Source: Clostridia bacterium
GTDB lineage: Bacteria; Bacillota; Clostridia; Oscillospirales; CAG-272
Direction of reading: 5' to 3'
Length of the DNA stretch: 60,019 nucleotides
Assembly (NCBI GenBank): GCA_017414385.1
Contig: JAFQMO010000152.1
Span: 1 to 60,019, forward strand
Every line of letters starts with the position of its first letter. The first letter of the stretch is position 1. Positions 11,181-19,775 of the stretch are shown here, piece by piece. The notes beneath the pieces were generated by a model that ran no database searches, had not been told where the DNA came from, and saw nothing but the letters and a program-made list of their open reading frames with translations. The position numbers and the translations under genes are program-made.

Positions 11181-11232
11181 ACAGAAAAAGGAAGGGGCAG
11201 TCCACGGGTCATGTCATTCCGTGATCTGCCCC
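11181..11232 (-). terminator. Hairpin plus T-tract between the DUF3343 gene and the cysteine desulfurase gene (terminator or attenuator)
   Basis: Minus strand has GGGGCAGATCACGG-loop-CCGTGGACTGCCCC (11232-11194), about 13 bp with one mismatch, followed by TTCCTTTTTCTG. It begins 5 nt after the upstream stop. Confidence 0.5.
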
Positions 11233-11236
11233 AAAT

Positions 11237-11476
11237 TCAAAGCATCGGCAGCGTATCTGTCAGAATATCCGTAAAACGAACATGCTCCTTTTGAAGGAGC
11301 GACCTCAGCATTGCTGTATCGTGTGCTCCCACAATCTCCAAGGCAAAGGCGCACCCGTTTTTGCTCTCTGCAGGAGATAAGCGAACGATCCTTGCGGGGA
11401 TACGGTGCGCAGAAAGCACATTCTTCCCTTTTTCCGCATATGTGACAGAGCCGATGACAACCCGCGTTCGTGTCAT
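11237..11476 (-). CDS. DUF3343-like small protein (putative S/Se carrier-like)
   Basis: MTRTRVVIGSVTYAEKGKNVLSAHRIPARIVRLSPAESKNGCAFALEIVGAHDTAMLRSLLQKEHVRFTDIL fits the DUF3343 pattern as I remember it (F.S...A...E..L...gI......P......GCg..l......). It is adjacent to a cysteine desulfurase, as is typical. The start is either ATG 11476 or GTG 11491, and both have weak SDs. Confidence 0.6.
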   Translation of the reverse strand: MTRTRVVIGSVTYAEKGKNVLSAHRIPARIVRLSPAESKNGCAFALEIVGAHDTAMLRSLLQKEHVRFTDILTDTLPML

Positions 11477-11508
11477 ATGGCATTGACTCACAGTGTTATG
11501 GTTTTACG

Positions 11509-11550
11509 GCAAAAAAATATACCGCACTGCAATTATATGCAGCGCGGTAT
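11509..11550 (-). terminator. Rho-independent terminator after the serine hydrolase gene
   Basis: Minus strand has ATACCGCGCTGCA-TATAAT-TGCAGTGCGGTAT, a 13-bp stem with one G-U pair, followed by ATTTTTTTG. It lies 8 nt after the stop. Confidence 0.8.
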
Positions 11551-11557
11551 TCTCGTG

Positions 11558-12973
11558 TTACGGTTCTTCATCCTCATGCACATCATTTGCTTCATCATAT
11601 GCAACATAAAACGCATCATGGATCTCATCGAGTGTCTTGACAAGAGAGCGGATATATGCATTGATGTCATCGTTGTTGACAGAAAAATCAAAATCGGTCA
11701 TAACGCAGACCGCATACGGTGCATCACCGTAAACGATCGCCATATCGTGGTAAGAGGAGGAATCCCATCCGTACTTATGTGCAACGTCAGAAGGATTGTC
11801 GAGTGCCATGGGAATCAGTACCTGATGATTCGCTTTTTTCATCAGGCTGATCAGAAGCCCGCCCTCGGTTGGATACTCTTCTGCAAAATCGTAGATTGCC
11901 GTCAAATAGATACACGCCTCGTTCGGTGTCAGATCGTAGAAACCGCGAAGCACGGAGGTGACTCCAAGCTCCCTTGATACTTTCCAAAAATAATCATATC
12001 CGAACTGGTCACGAAGGATACGAAACGCGGTATTGTCAGACACCTTGACCGCATACTCGATCAGCTCAAGAACGGTAAACTCCACACCCTCTTCAAGATC
12101 CATATCCTTGATCTTTCCCGAACCGTTTGCTTTCATATCCTCGGTAACAAGGATCTTTCTCTCCAGGTCATAATGCTCCCATATTTTTTCAGGCAGTGTT
12201 TCGCCGATATCGGGATCATTCTCCGGGTTTGCCGCCTTGATCTCATTGTACTGTGCAAAACGGTACAAAAGTGTATATATGTAAGGCACCTTGATCAAGC
12301 TTGCGGAATTGAACACCTCATCACCGCCAAAGGCATAGGTCGTTCCCCGCACAAGGTCACGGTAGGAGATCGCGATCTTCGGATAAGTATAGCCCATCGC
12401 CTCATAGTCGATGACGGTTTCTGTCGGCCTTCCGTCCTCATCCAGTGAAGAATCGGGTGCAGCACAGTAAATAATCTCTGTCTCCTCGTCAAGCACAAGC
12501 TCCTCAAAAAGGATCAGCTCTCCCTCGGGATCGACGATAAAGGGCGTATGTTTCATGCTTTCCTCAAGCAAAGAGATTCGCTCAAGCTGTGCTGTCAGAT
12601 CAAAGGTATAGATCAATGACTTGGGATCTGCCGGAGAAAGGTTTCCGGGATCATAAAGCTCCGACATATCGGCATCACTTTCCGGCAGCCGTCCGGTCGC
12701 CTCCTCACGCATCTGCTCGAGCTCTTCCCAAAGGGTCTCCAGCTGCTGCCGTAAGCCATCGTTCTCGCGGCGCAAGGATGCAAGCTCCTCTGTGTCTGCA
12801 GTCTGCATCTCAGTATCCTCGGGTTTTGTATCGATCGGCATGTCCGTTGGCTGAGACGGCTCCTCCCGTGTCAGATACAGCACCGCAAACCCTGCGGCTA
12901 CAATGACCGATACGACCGTCAATACCGAAAGAATCCAAACGATCCTCTTCAATTCCCGTCTTGTATACATCAT
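11558..12973 (-). CDS. Membrane-anchored serine hydrolase with a class A beta-lactamase-like fold, preceded by a coiled-coil segment
   Basis: N-terminal TM (IVWILSVLTVVSVIVAAGFAVLYL) and a heptad-like stretch (EELASLRRENDGLRQQLETLWEELEQMREE). The three catalytic motifs are SLIK (SxxK), SDN and KYG (KTG-like). I chose the ATG ATG start at 12973 with GGAG 8 nt upstream; the track ORF extends to 13021. Confidence 0.7.
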   Translation of the reverse strand: MMYTRRELKRIVWILSVLTVVSVIVAAGFAVLYLTREEPSQPTDMPIDTKPEDTEMQTADTEELASLRRENDGLRQQLETLWEELEQMREEATGRLPESDADMSELYDPGNLSPADPKSLIYTFDLTAQLERISLLEESMKHTPFIVDPEGELILFEELVLDEETEIIYCAAPDSSLDEDGRPTETVIDYEAMGYTYPKIAISYRDLVRGTTYAFGGDEVFNSASLIKVPYIYTLLYRFAQYNEIKAANPENDPDIGETLPEKIWEHYDLERKILVTEDMKANGSGKIKDMDLEEGVEFTVLELIEYAVKVSDNTAFRILRDQFGYDYFWKVSRELGVTSVLRGFYDLTPNEACIYLTAIYDFAEEYPTEGGLLISLMKKANHQVLIPMALDNPSDVAHKYGWDSSSYHDMAIVYGDAPYAVCVMTDFDFSVNNDDINAYIRSLVKTLDEIHDAFYVAYDEANDVHEDEEP

Positions 12974-13140
12974 AATTTGCTCCACAGTCCTGCTGCTCCT
13001 GCACATAGCCGATATCCGCAAGCCGCAGAAAACGACCGTGCAAAAGCACTCTGTTTATTTTCTCGGTCCGCAATGCTGCAGACCCGCCTGTCTTCCTATA
13101 GTTAGCCATAGATCCGCAACGTCATATGCGGAAAAATCGA

Positions 13141-13440
13141 TCATTTGGAAAGATCGTTGAAAAAGATGATATCATCCGGCATACTGAAATTCAGCCTGTT
13201 TTTGGCGATCTTGCGAATGTATGTATAATCGATCGGCGTTGCAAGCTCATCCTCAAGTGCCTCGATCCGAGAACGGTAATACTCAATCTGCGCTTCCGTA
13301 TCATCGATCTGCTTCCGATAAGAACGGATCTGATTCGTCATCTGAAAGATCGTAATCCCGCAGAACCCCAGAAAAACAAAGAATGCAACTCTGGTAAAAA
13401 AGCCCGCCTTTTTTTTCGGCTTCTTTTTATTTTGCTCCAT
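13141..13440 (-). CDS. divIC: Septum formation initiator family protein (DivIC/FtsB)
   Basis: 99-aa product MEQNKKKPKKKAGFFTRVAFFVFLGFCGITIFQMTNQIRSYRKQIDDTEAQIEYYRSRIEALEDELATPIDYTYIRKIAKNRLNFSMPDDIIFF. It has one TM, a coiled coil and the conserved C-terminal block. It follows yabP-yabQ as in Bacillus. The longer track ORF (to 13776) overlaps yabQ and is rejected. Confidence 0.85.
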   Translation of the reverse strand: MEQNKKKPKKKAGFFTRVAFFVFLGFCGITIFQMTNQIRSYRKQIDDTEAQIEYYRSRIEALEDELATPIDYTYIRKIAKNRLNFSMPDDIIFFNDLSK

Positions 13441-13445
13441 AAATC

Positions 13446-14126
13446 CTATCCATCCTTTCTCTTCATCTTTCTCTGCCGGCACACAGGCCGAACCCCATGC
13501 TTCACCCGACAGAACAGATACACCAGCCCCTTGCACGGATAATACAACGTGCAGTTGAAAAACACCGCGCAAAGTGCATGCACGGTCGCCAAAAGGAAGA
13601 CCGTGATCCGCATGACAAGATACCCCGCGGTGCGGTAATATACAAAAAAACCAATGCCCGTCAGCAACAGAATATACCATCGAAGAACGCCGGCATTTGC
13701 AGCATACACAAACACCGCAGCGAATATCGCACTCAACCCGAAAAACAGCAGATCGAGCACAAGCAGCAACCACCATCGGGGGCCGGGGAGCTTATCTCCG
13801 ATCCGTTCCAACACCGAGCGGAGCGTTTTCCGCCATCGCGAATCCCGCTGCTTGCCGTCATCCCGTTCCGTAACGTCCCGCGAACATAAGACAGAACGGA
13901 AGGATACCGACCGGAGCCTCTTCGTCCACGCACCGACAGTCAACTCCCGGTGCAGACCGAGTACCGTACGGACAACGCGAAAAAGATCGTAAAAAACGCC
14001 AAGAAATACACCAAAGCACAGTGACCACAAGAGGACCGCAGGCTCACCTGCAGCACTTGCCTCCACAAGGATCCCCGCAAAACCGCTGCTGAGAACACAC
14101 GGAAGCATCCCACAGGCAGCCATCAT
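13446..14126 (-). CDS. yabQ: Spore cortex biosynthesis protein YabQ-like (multi-pass membrane protein)
   Basis: 226-aa hydrophobic protein. Its ATG overlaps the yabP stop (ATGA-type overlap at 14123-14126). Its position between yabP and divIC is the conserved arrangement. Confidence 0.6.
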   Translation of the reverse strand: MMAACGMLPCVLSSGFAGILVEASAAGEPAVLLWSLCFGVFLGVFYDLFRVVRTVLGLHRELTVGAWTKRLRSVSFRSVLCSRDVTERDDGKQRDSRWRKTLRSVLERIGDKLPGPRWWLLLVLDLLFFGLSAIFAAVFVYAANAGVLRWYILLLTGIGFFVYYRTAGYLVMRITVFLLATVHALCAVFFNCTLYYPCKGLVYLFCRVKHGVRPVCRQRKMKRKDG

Positions 14127-14431
14127 CGGAACAAACGGGAGAAAAAGCCCCCCTGAGCGGAGGAATGCGGATCATCCTCGTAATACAGTGCCGAAATCTC
14201 GCCATCCAAGAAGAGTTCTCCGTCCTCAAGAGACAACCGCTTGACATGAAATCCCGTCCCCTCCAAGGTAAGGATCCCCTGCGTGGTACGAACAGTCAGA
14301 ACATGCTCGTCATAGCTGTCCACATCACAGACACCTGTCATGCGCAGGGCTCTCCGTCCGTCCAAAAAGATTTTATGTACACTGTCCTCTGCGTGCATCG
14401 TACGCTTAGTCAACTCTGTCGACTCCGTCAT
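14123..14431 (-). CDS. yabP: Sporulation protein YabP
   Basis: 102 aa. The core LRMTGVCDVDSYDEHVLTVRTTQGILTLEGTGFHVKRLSLEDGELFLDGEISALYYED matches the YabP/YqfC-type beta-barrel family pattern. Confidence 0.85.
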   Translation of the reverse strand: MTESTELTKRTMHAEDSVHKIFLDGRRALRMTGVCDVDSYDEHVLTVRTTQGILTLEGTGFHVKRLSLEDGELFLDGEISALYYEDDPHSSAQGGFFSRLFR

Positions 14432-14503
14432 ATACCGTGTGCCTCCGATCCTTGTTTTGCCACAGTATATGAAAATGACAACAGAAAAAGAACTGCCAAA
14501 AGG

Positions 14504-14746
14504 TCAGTCGATCACCTCATACATAGAAGCGGCATCCGCCTTTCCGACGTGCTCTTTGACATCCAACACACGGACACGCAGCGCCTTTTCTCCAAAACGA
14601 ATCTCCAGAATATCGCCCGTCTTAACATCGTAGGATGCCTTTGCCCGTCTTCCGTTGACCGTTACATGATCAGCATCACAGGCATCATTTGCGACAGTTC
14701 TGCGCTTAATAATACGGGCAACCTTCAAATATTTATCAAGTCTCAT
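14504..14746 (-). CDS. yabO: S4-domain RNA-binding protein (YabO/RqcP, Hsp15-like)
   Basis: 80 aa. MRLDKYLKVARIIKRRTVANDACDADHVTVNGRRAKASYDVKTGDILEI is a canonical S4 motif. It lies immediately upstream of yabP as in B. subtilis. SD GAGGAAATGGT. Confidence 0.85.
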   Translation of the reverse strand: MRLDKYLKVARIIKRRTVANDACDADHVTVNGRRAKASYDVKTGDILEIRFGEKALRVRVLDVKEHVGKADAASMYEVID

Positions 14747-14782
14747 ACCATTTCCTCATATCCGCACCGCCGTGCGATCTCC

Positions 14783-14827
14783 AACAGAAAATATGACCGC
14801 ACCGTAAGCGAAGCTCTCAGTGCGGTC
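14783..14827 (-). terminator. Rho-independent terminator after hup
   Basis: Minus strand has GACCGCAC, a 17-nt loop, then GTGCGGTC (14827-14795), followed by ATATTTTCTG. The long loop suggests a leaky terminator that allows read-through into yabO. Confidence 0.5.
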
Positions 14828-14841
14828 CGTATTGGAATGCT

Positions 14842-15117
14842 TTACTTGTTGACAGTTTCCTTCAGAGCCTTACCTGCGGTAAATGCGGGATGCATGGAAG
14901 CAGGAATCTCGATTGCTTCCTTTGTAGCGGGGTTTCTGCCAACACGAGCAGCTCTCTGCTTGGTCTCAAATGTACCGAAGCCAACAAGCTGTACCTTCTC
15001 GCCTGCAGCAAGAGTATCCTCGATTGTGGAGAGAACAGCGTTTACTGCGCCTTCTGCATCCTTCTTCTTCATTCCTGTCTTCTGTGCAACTGCATCAATC
15101 AACTGAGTCTTGTTCAT
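14842..15117 (-). CDS. hup: DNA-binding protein HU
   Basis: 91 aa. [73 protein letters not shown] carries the HU/IHF signature. Confidence 0.97.
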   Translation of the reverse strand: MNKTQLIDAVAQKTGMKKKDAEGAVNAVLSTIEDTLAAGEKVQLVGFGTFETKQRAARVGRNPATKEAIEIPASMHPAFTAGKALKETVNK

Positions 15118-15230
15118 AACGTATTTATACCTTTCTTTTCTGTGATTTTATACCGTTTTCCGACCGTCATGCATCGTCGTAATATTTCCAATTACACACG
15201 GATTCGGCCGATACATAAATTTACAAGTAT

Positions 15231-15259
15231 AGTATACCATTTCCTTTGTATTTTATCAA
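15231..15259 (-). promoter_or_regulatory. Sigma-70-type promoter with extended -10 for hup
   Basis: Minus strand reads TTGATA (15259-15254), a 17-nt spacer ending TGG, then TATACT (15236-15231). It lies about 105 nt upstream of the hup ATG. Confidence 0.6.
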
Positions 15260-15311
15260 GGGCTTTTTCAAATTTTATGCAAAAAAATTTTCGTTTTTTT
15301 ACATAAATCAA

Positions 15312-18300
15312 TCAAAACAGCGACAACTGATCCGTTTCACTCATTCCGTCGAGCACACCGTTGACCTGCAGGATCTCCATAACGGCCTTTGACAGCTTTG
15401 CCCGCTCCTGAAGCTCCAGTTTGGAATAGATCTGTCCCTCATCACGAACATGCACGATTTTTTCTGCCGCCGTCAGTCCAAGACCCGGAAGCGATATAAA
15501 GGGCATACGGATCTTTCCGTCCTCCGGCAAAAACGCCCGTACATCCGAACGGTAAAGGTCGGGGGGAAGATAACGGACACCTCTTGCCATACTCTCCATG
15601 ACGATCTTCAGTGCATCCTCAACGTCCGCATCCTTTTGTGTTGCTTCGTTGCCTTTTCCACGGATCTCATTGATTTTTGCGATAACGCCGGAACGGCCGC
15701 GCATAACGATATCCGCCTCAAAGCCATCGGGCGCTGCAGTAAAGTACGCTGCGTAGAATTCCAGCGGTCGATGCACCTTATACCACGCAAATTGGATCGC
15801 CTGCATAACATAAGCTGCCGCATGAGCCTTGGGGAACATATACTTGATCTTCTTACAGGAGGCAATATACCAATCGGGCACATTTTTCTCCCGCATTGCC
15901 GCTTCCATTTCAGGAGTCAGGCCCTTACCCTTACGTACCGATTCCATCGTTTTGAACGCCATGGACTTTTCGACACCGCTGTATGACAGATACAGCATGA
16001 TCGAGTCACGCGTTCCGATGACCTCAGAAATGGTACAGGTACCGTCACGGATCAGATCCTGTGCATTGCCAAGCCATACGTCTGTTCCGTGCGAAAGACC
16101 CGAGATCTGCAGAAGATCCGAAAAATTCTTCGGCTTTGCTTCCTTCAACATTCCCTGTGCAAACGGGGTTCCAAACTCCGGCAGACCCCATGTTCCAAGC
16201 TCACACCCCATAATATCGTCGGGCTTCAGTCCAAGAGGGGCACAGGAAAGGAACAGATCGTAGACCGCACGGTCAGAGGTATCGACCTCAGATGCCGCAA
16301 TTCCCGTGTAACGTTCAAGGATCTTAAGCTTGGTGGGCATATCGTGTCCGAGCTCATCCAGCTTCAATATCGTTTCATGCAAATAGGTAAACTGGAAATG
16401 TGTCGTGATGATATCGGAATCCACAGCATCTGCGGGGTGCTGAACCGGCGTAAAATCATAAATGTCATACTCTCTCGGAACGACGATAATACCGCCGGGA
16501 TGCTGTCCCGTTGTACGCTTGATGCCAACCATACAGTTGATCAAGCGGTCGATCTCTGCACGATTGAGCTTGATCGAGCGCTCCTCTGCGTATTTTGCAA
16601 TATAACCGAAGGCGGTCTTTGACGCAAGTGAACCAATGGTTCCCGCGCGGAACACGTTTTCCGCACCGAACAGCTCAGCTGTATATTTATGGACCTTACC
16701 CTGCACATCACCCGAAAAATTCAGATCGATATCGGGAGACTTGTCGCCGTAGAATCCGAGAAAGGTCTCAAAGGGAATATCGTGACCGTCACGGATCAGC
16801 TGTGCTTTACAGTGCGGGCACTCCTTCGGCGGAAGATCGTATCCCGATCCGTAGGAGCCGTCCATGATAAACTCCGAATACCTGCAGCTCGGACAGCGGT
16901 AATGCGGCGGCAGCGGATTGACCTCGGAGATGCCTGACATCGATGCGACAAAGGAAGAGCCGACCGATCCTCTGGATCCAACCATATAGCCCAGACTGTT
17001 AGAATACGCAACCAGCTTCTGTGCGATCATATAAAGAACTGCAAATCCGTGCTTGATAATCGATGTAAGCTCTCTTTCCAGACGCTCGGAGACGACCTCA
17101 GGCAGATCGTCGGAATACCACTCCCGTGCCTTCTCCCAACAAAGACGCTGCAATTCCTCCTCGGCACCGTCCATCTTCGGGGTATACTGTCCCTCGGGGA
17201 TCGGACGGATCTTCTCGATTTGATCGGCAATACGGTTGGGGTTGGTTACAACGACCTCGTACGCCTTCTCTTCACCAAGATACGCAAATTCCGCAAGCAT
17301 TTCCTCCGTTGTACGGAAATACAGTCCGATATCACGGTCCGCATCGGAGAACTTCATGCCTGCCATCAAAATCTTACGCACGATCTCATCGTGCTTCTCC
17401 ATAAAGTGTGCATCACAGGTCGCAACGACAGGGATGGAAAGCTCCTCGCCCAACGCAACGATCCGTCTGTTCAGCGCCTTCAAGCCCTCCTCATCGGCAA
17501 CCGTTCTGTCTGCAATCAAAAAGCCGTTGTTACAGAGCGGCTGGATCTCAAGGTAATCGTAGAATTTGGCGATCTCCTTGATCTCCGCTTCCGGTCTGTT
17601 TTCCAATATTGCGCGGAAAAGCTCCCCCGATTCGCATGCAGATCCGAGGATCAGACCCTCGCGGTGCTCCTCAAGCAGTGTTTTGGGGATGCGCGGTGTT
17701 TTTTTGTAATACTTCAGATACGACGAGGAGATCAGCTTGTAAAGATTCTTCAGTCCCACCAGGTTTTTGACAAGAATGATCTGGTGGTATGTCTTCAGCT
17801 TTAAGGGATCCGCCTTCTCGCTCATCGCCTGCCGCATTTGGTCAAAGGTCTGAACCCCTTCCCGATGCAGCTTATCGGTCATACAGAAATAGATTTGCGC
17901 AAGCATTTCGGCATCGTCCGATGCGCGGTGATGGTTAAAATCACCTAGTCCGAAATACTCCGCGATGATATTCAGCTTATGCTTTTTCAAATCGGGATTG
18001 ACATAACGGCTCATCGCCACCGTATCGAGGTACGGATTCGGGAACGGCATATCACATTGCTCAGCCGCACGGCGTATAAACCCGACGTCAAAGCCCGCAT
18101 TATGCGCGATCAGAAGCTTATCCTCACCGCCAATGAATGAGAAAAATGCCTCCAATGCTTCCTTGATTTTCGGTGCTCCCGAAACCATCTCATCTGTAAT
18201 CCCCGTCAGTGCAGTAATGTCTGCCGGAATCGGCCGCTCCGGATCAACAAACGTATTGAATCGGTCAATGACCTGACCGTCACGGATACGGACAGCACCG

Positions 18301-19766
18301 ATTTCCGTGATCTTATCATTGAGATTGGAAAGGCCGGTCGTTTCGATGTCGAATACGATACATTCCTCGCCGAAATCCCCATCCGTTGCACCGTAGAGTG
18401 CACGTGCAGTATCATCTACAAAATATGCTTCCATACCGTAGATGACCTTGAGGTCCGTCTTCTCTGCAGCAAGCATCATTTCCGGGAAGGACTGTACGTT
18501 TCCGTGGTCTGTTACCGCAACCGCAGGCATTCCAAAGCGGACCGCCGTCTTGACAAGCACATCCGGCGGGATCGTTGCGTCCATTGAGGACATATTGGTA
18601 TGACAATGCAGCTCCACACGCTTGACCGGTGCATTGTCCTCTCTTTCCAGATAATGGATCTGCAGAATATCGTTCGGTGTCAAAACCTGCTCACCGTCAA
18701 AGCGGTCTGCACGCAGGTTGCCACGCACCATCAGCGCAATATAATACGAAATCACATCCGCCGTTCCGCGCTTGACCTTTTTCTTTTTTGCCGTCAGCGT
18801 TTTGAGCAGCGGCTTTGCCTCGTCTGTCGGAAGAACGAGCTTCATGGTCAGCGACGAATCCATATCGGACAAAAACAGCGTGATGATCATTTTATCGCCG
18901 TTCCGTGTTTCCTTGCTGTCAACGCCCGTCAGCATACCCATCGTCATGACATTGCGCTTTGCATCCACCAGATTGCGGATCGGTGTGACATCGGTCGGCT
19001 CAAACATCTCCCCCAGAACGACCTCGGGAGAGGAGGTATCAAAGGTCATATTTCCAATCTGCCAAATATGCTCCTCTGTATGGGAAAAGCGAAGCGGATG
19101 GGTATCCAGCGTATTGACCGTTTTCTGCAGGGATAGTGCCTCCTCTGCCGCATCTGCCTCCCTGCGGTCCTGCTGTGCCTCACGCGCACGCGCTTCCGCC
19201 TCTCTGGCAAGAGAAGCAATGTATTCCGCATTGGAACGTTCAAACGCAGCATAATCCTCTGCGCCGTTCTCCGATCTGCGTACCTGCACACGGACAGCAC
19301 ATCCGAATTCACGCGCAATGATCTCCTCAAGCAGCCGCGGTGTGTGTGCACGATCCACAAGTTCAACACCGCCCTCTGTAAACGGAATCTCCAAAACAAG
19401 CGTATCCTCCGTCATAGAGATCAGACGGTAGCGGTCAAAAAATCCGCGTGAAACCGCACCGATACGCATCAACTCCGTAATCAGCTGCGGTACATATTCC
19501 TCTGTCAGCAGCGCACGCGGATAGGTTGGAAGAATCCGTACACCGTTGATCTCATGCGCCAAACGGATCTCTTCCTCGATCCGATAAAGATCTCTTTTGG
19601 AGATCAACGCAGGAAAATGCGCACGTACCTCCACAAGCTTCTGCTCCCGATCGATACGCAGCTTATAATCGTATGCCGATAAAAGAACGGCAGCCGTCCC
19701 TTCATTGGGACGGTATTTATGAAAAATATCAAGAAGTGTGCGTTGTGTCTTTTCGGACAATGCCAT
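15312..19766 (-). CDS. polC: DNA polymerase III, PolC type
   Basis: About 1484 aa. It has a PHP domain (VELHCHTNMSSMD), an inserted DnaQ-like exonuclease (CIVFDIETTGLS ... HRASDDAEM) and a polymerase core. The ATG at 19766 has GAGGTGAGGTG upstream and lies 10 nt after the ispG stop. The track start at 19769 is GTG. Confidence 0.97.
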   Translation of the reverse strand: MALSEKTQRTLLDIFHKYRPNEGTAAVLLSAYDYKLRIDREQKLVEVRAHFPALISKRDLYRIEEEIRLAHEINGVRILPTYPRALLTEEYVPQLITELMRIGAVSRGFFDRYRLISMTEDTLVLEIPFTEGGVELVDRAHTPRLLEEIIAREFGCAVRVQVRRSENGAEDYAAFERSNAEYIASLAREAEARAREAQQDRREADAAEEALSLQKTVNTLDTHPLRFSHTEEHIWQIGNMTFDTSSPEVVLGEMFEPTDVTPIRNLVDAKRNVMTMGMLTGVDSKETRNGDKMIITLFLSDMDSSLTMKLVLPTDEAKPLLKTLTAKKKKVKRGTADVISYYIALMVRGNLRADRFDGEQVLTPNDILQIHYLEREDNAPVKRVELHCHTNMSSMDATIPPDVLVKTAVRFGMPAVAVTDHGNVQSFPEMMLAAEKTDLKVIYGMEAYFVDDTARALYGATDGDFGEECIVFDIETTGLSNLNDKITEIGAVRIRDGQVIDRFNTFVDPERPIPADITALTGITDEMVSGAPKIKEALEAFFSFIGGEDKLLIAHNAGFDVGFIRRAAEQCDMPFPNPYLDTVAMSRYVNPDLKKHKLNIIAEYFGLGDFNHHRASDDAEMLAQIYFCMTDKLHREGVQTFDQMRQAMSEKADPLKLKTYHQIILVKNLVGLKNLYKLISSSYLKYYKKTPRIPKTLLEEHREGLILGSACESGELFRAILENRPEAEIKEIAKFYDYLEIQPLCNNGFLIADRTVADEEGLKALNRRIVALGEELSIPVVATCDAHFMEKHDEIVRKILMAGMKFSDADRDIGLYFRTTEEMLAEFAYLGEEKAYEVVVTNPNRIADQIEKIRPIPEGQYTPKMDGAEEELQRLCWEKAREWYSDDLPEVVSERLERELTSIIKHGFAVLYMIAQKLVAYSNSLGYMVGSRGSVGSSFVASMSGISEVNPLPPHYRCPSCRYSEFIMDGSYGSGYDLPPKECPHCKAQLIRDGHDIPFETFLGFYGDKSPDIDLNFSGDVQGKVHKYTAELFGAENVFRAGTIGSLASKTAFGYIAKYAEERSIKLNRAEIDRLINCMVGIKRTTGQHPGGIIVVPREYDIYDFTPVQHPADAVDSDIITTHFQFTYLHETILKLDELGHDMPTKLKILERYTGIAASEVDTSDRAVYDLFLSCAPLGLKPDDIMGCELGTWGLPEFGTPFAQGMLKEAKPKNFSDLLQISGLSHGTDVWLGNAQDLIRDGTCTISEVIGTRDSIMLYLSYSGVEKSMAFKTMESVRKGKGLTPEMEAAMREKNVPDWYIASCKKIKYMFPKAHAAAYVMQAIQFAWYKVHRPLEFYAAYFTAAPDGFEADIVMRGRSGVIAKINEIRGKGNEATQKDADVEDALKIVMESMARGVRYLPPDLYRSDVRAFLPEDGKIRMPFISLPGLGLTAAEKIVHVRDEGQIYSKLELQERAKLSKAVMEILQVNGVLDGMSETDQLSLF

Positions 19767-19775
19767 CACCTCACC

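Noticed and set aside
11141-11212. 24-codon N-terminal extension of the cysteine desulfurase (track start 11212), and similar over-long track starts for rpsB (27555), murE (50788), the SGNH hydrolase (31424), the deacetylase (40256) and ispG (20945, TTG)
   Set aside because: In each case an internal ATG has a properly spaced Shine-Dalgarno sequence and yields the conserved family N-terminus. The longer version lacks an SD, abuts or covers the SD, or runs through a hairpin or a neighbouring gene.
13441-13776. N-terminal extension of the DivIC ORF (track ORF 13141..13776, 211 aa)
   Set aside because: The extension overlaps yabQ in another frame and is Cys/Val/Arg-rich junk. The internal ATG at 13440 gives a canonical 99-aa DivIC/FtsB protein, 5 nt after the yabQ stop.
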